Shown here: positions 62,483 to 64,000 of the stretch, piece by piece
Layout of the letters: each line of letters starts with the position of its first letter
Position numbering within the stretch: the first letter of the stretch is position 1
Assembly: GCA_973895155.1 (NCBI GenBank)
Contig: OZ316897.1
Span: 19,781,224-19,845,223 of the forward strand
Reading direction: 5' to 3'
Length of the DNA stretch: 64,000 bases
From: Marsupella aquatica
Lineage: Eukaryota > Plantae > Marchantiophyta
Program-made: the position numbers and the translations under genes
Notes under the pieces: model-generated
What the model saw: the letters and a program-made list of their open reading frames with translations, nothing else
What the model was told of the DNA's origin: nothing
Databases searched by the model: none

Positions 62483-63578
62483 ATGGCCAACAGAGTTTAT
62501 GAACCGGAGAATGAGGTCAACTGGATGAAGTCGATCAAGGAAAAACTGCATGAGCTCTCTGTTATACAGCCTTCGAAATCAGTGCAAGAGAAATTCCGCA
62601 TTTTCAGAGTTCAAAAATCAGTGAAGAATCTGAAGAGGGTGCACTTCCAGCCCGAACTCATATTTCTGGGTCTCTTCAACAAGAGGTTTGATCCCGAGAT
62701 CATCAATCTGAAAGGTGAAAAGCTCAAGCTCGGCATGGTTAGTGCATTCCTTAAGATACATCAGGAACTTGAAGATGGCTTGGAATGGGAACAAATTTGT
62801 GAGCTTGTAGTTGACAATCCAGAAGGCCTACAACAAAGTTACTACGACAGGGAAGAGCCTCGGCATAGACTAAAAGACACTGTAGGATGTGAATTAACTC
62901 TCGATGCCATTTTTCTGGCAAGCTTCTTGAGTGGCTCTTTGTTTGAAGCCACTGAGGTTATCAGAGCCGCCGAGGTCTACCGTGAGCATTTGGATCCCGT
63001 TGATCAGGACAAAGCTCGCTACCTTAAGTTAGGAAACATTGTCGAAAATGAAGGCCTTTCGAATCTTGATGTCGTTGCCAATGACATTATGAAGTTGGAG
63101 AATCAGATTCCTCTGCCGTTGATAAGAAACGTTCTTGGGATCTTATACCGGGACAACACTGCCGAGGCAAATCTTATGCTGAACGAACTATGTCGTAGGT
63201 GGATTCAAACGATATCGATCACACTCCCAGGGTTCTCCGAAAAGCACTTCCAAAAACATTTTGTTTCTCCCGAGTTCGACTTTGGGAACGAGTGTGGCCA
63301 CTTGCTGGATTGCGTTTGTCGAGTGATGCGTGGTGATGGTGGTGATCGCAAGTTCGAACCTTTAAGTTCGGTTCCATTTTTGGACAGGAATGATTTTGTG
63401 GGGAGTGCAAAGAAGTGCCTTGTCTGGATGGTGCACTTGCCTGGGCTCATAAATCTCGCATTTGGTCGTTGGCACCTGAATACAAGTCTTCGCAAGAATA
63501 ATCACAAGATAGAGAAGATTTCTCTCCCGTCGATGACACGGCTTCGAGAGGCTGGAGTCCACGTCCGAGGAGATGCAG
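62483..63578 (+). CDS. DUF247 (UPF0481) plant protein, first exon; probably continues beyond the window
   Basis: IFRV, QPELIFLG, LDAIFL, DIMKLENQIP, HLLD and LPSMTRLREAGV motifs. Likely donor CAG|GTAAGG at 63578/63579; the unspliced frame stops at 63634. Confidence 0.85.
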
Positions 63579-64000
63579 GTAAGGCTACCTCGACGCAATC
63601 GATTCTAGGCTTTATTTGTGAAACGGTGTATTAGGGTACTTACATTGGTCTAGAAACTGTATCATCGACTCTTTCGTCTCCACAAGAGACTTCTCAATTT
63701 CATTTTTTTGTGAAAGTAATGTCAGGCATTGGCCTGATTTTCGTTCCAACCCATTCTGCAGGATTTTCTGTACGGAATTGTTCTTTTCAATCTCTTTCAA
63801 TTGAGACATTTTGGTTGAAGTTCATGCTCCAACCATCCGTAGCATTTATAGCTTGTGTACAATCTTGTGTCAGTCAGCATAGTTGAGATTGGACCTTGAG
63901 TTCTTCTGCATCCTTGAATTTCTAAATCCTGTCAATAATATGGTCTTTGTTCTGTGCCGGGTTCTGAAGGTGTTACTGAATAATAGTAGTTATGTAGATG

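Overview
Eukaryotic, repeat-rich land-plant DNA with GT-AG introns; a bryophyte-like origin is my inference. Host genes: a 4-exon XTH, an intronless F-box gene, a DUF679/DMP gene with an apparent 1-nt frameshift, an intronless protein with two tandem TALE-type homeodomains (plus a rearranged pseudogene copy), an intronless divergent TBP-like gene, a 3-exon flotillin, the 5' part of a DUF247 gene and a processed plasma-membrane H+-ATPase pseudogene. The main finding is a TTAA-flanked DNA transposon at 6590-20652 (about 7.6 kb without its nested insert). It has short ACCACAA TIRs, a spliced DDE transposase of Kolobok type and a convergent small ORF resembling KolX / the P2X7 ballast C-terminus. 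This is the Kolobok two-gene layout, which I do not know from land plants. A young Ty1/copia element (ATATA TSD, near-identical LTRs) sits between the two genes. Nested MITEs, a solo LTR, a deleted copia and a SINE-like element fill much of the rest. All family assignments come from motif recognition by eye; no database searches were run.
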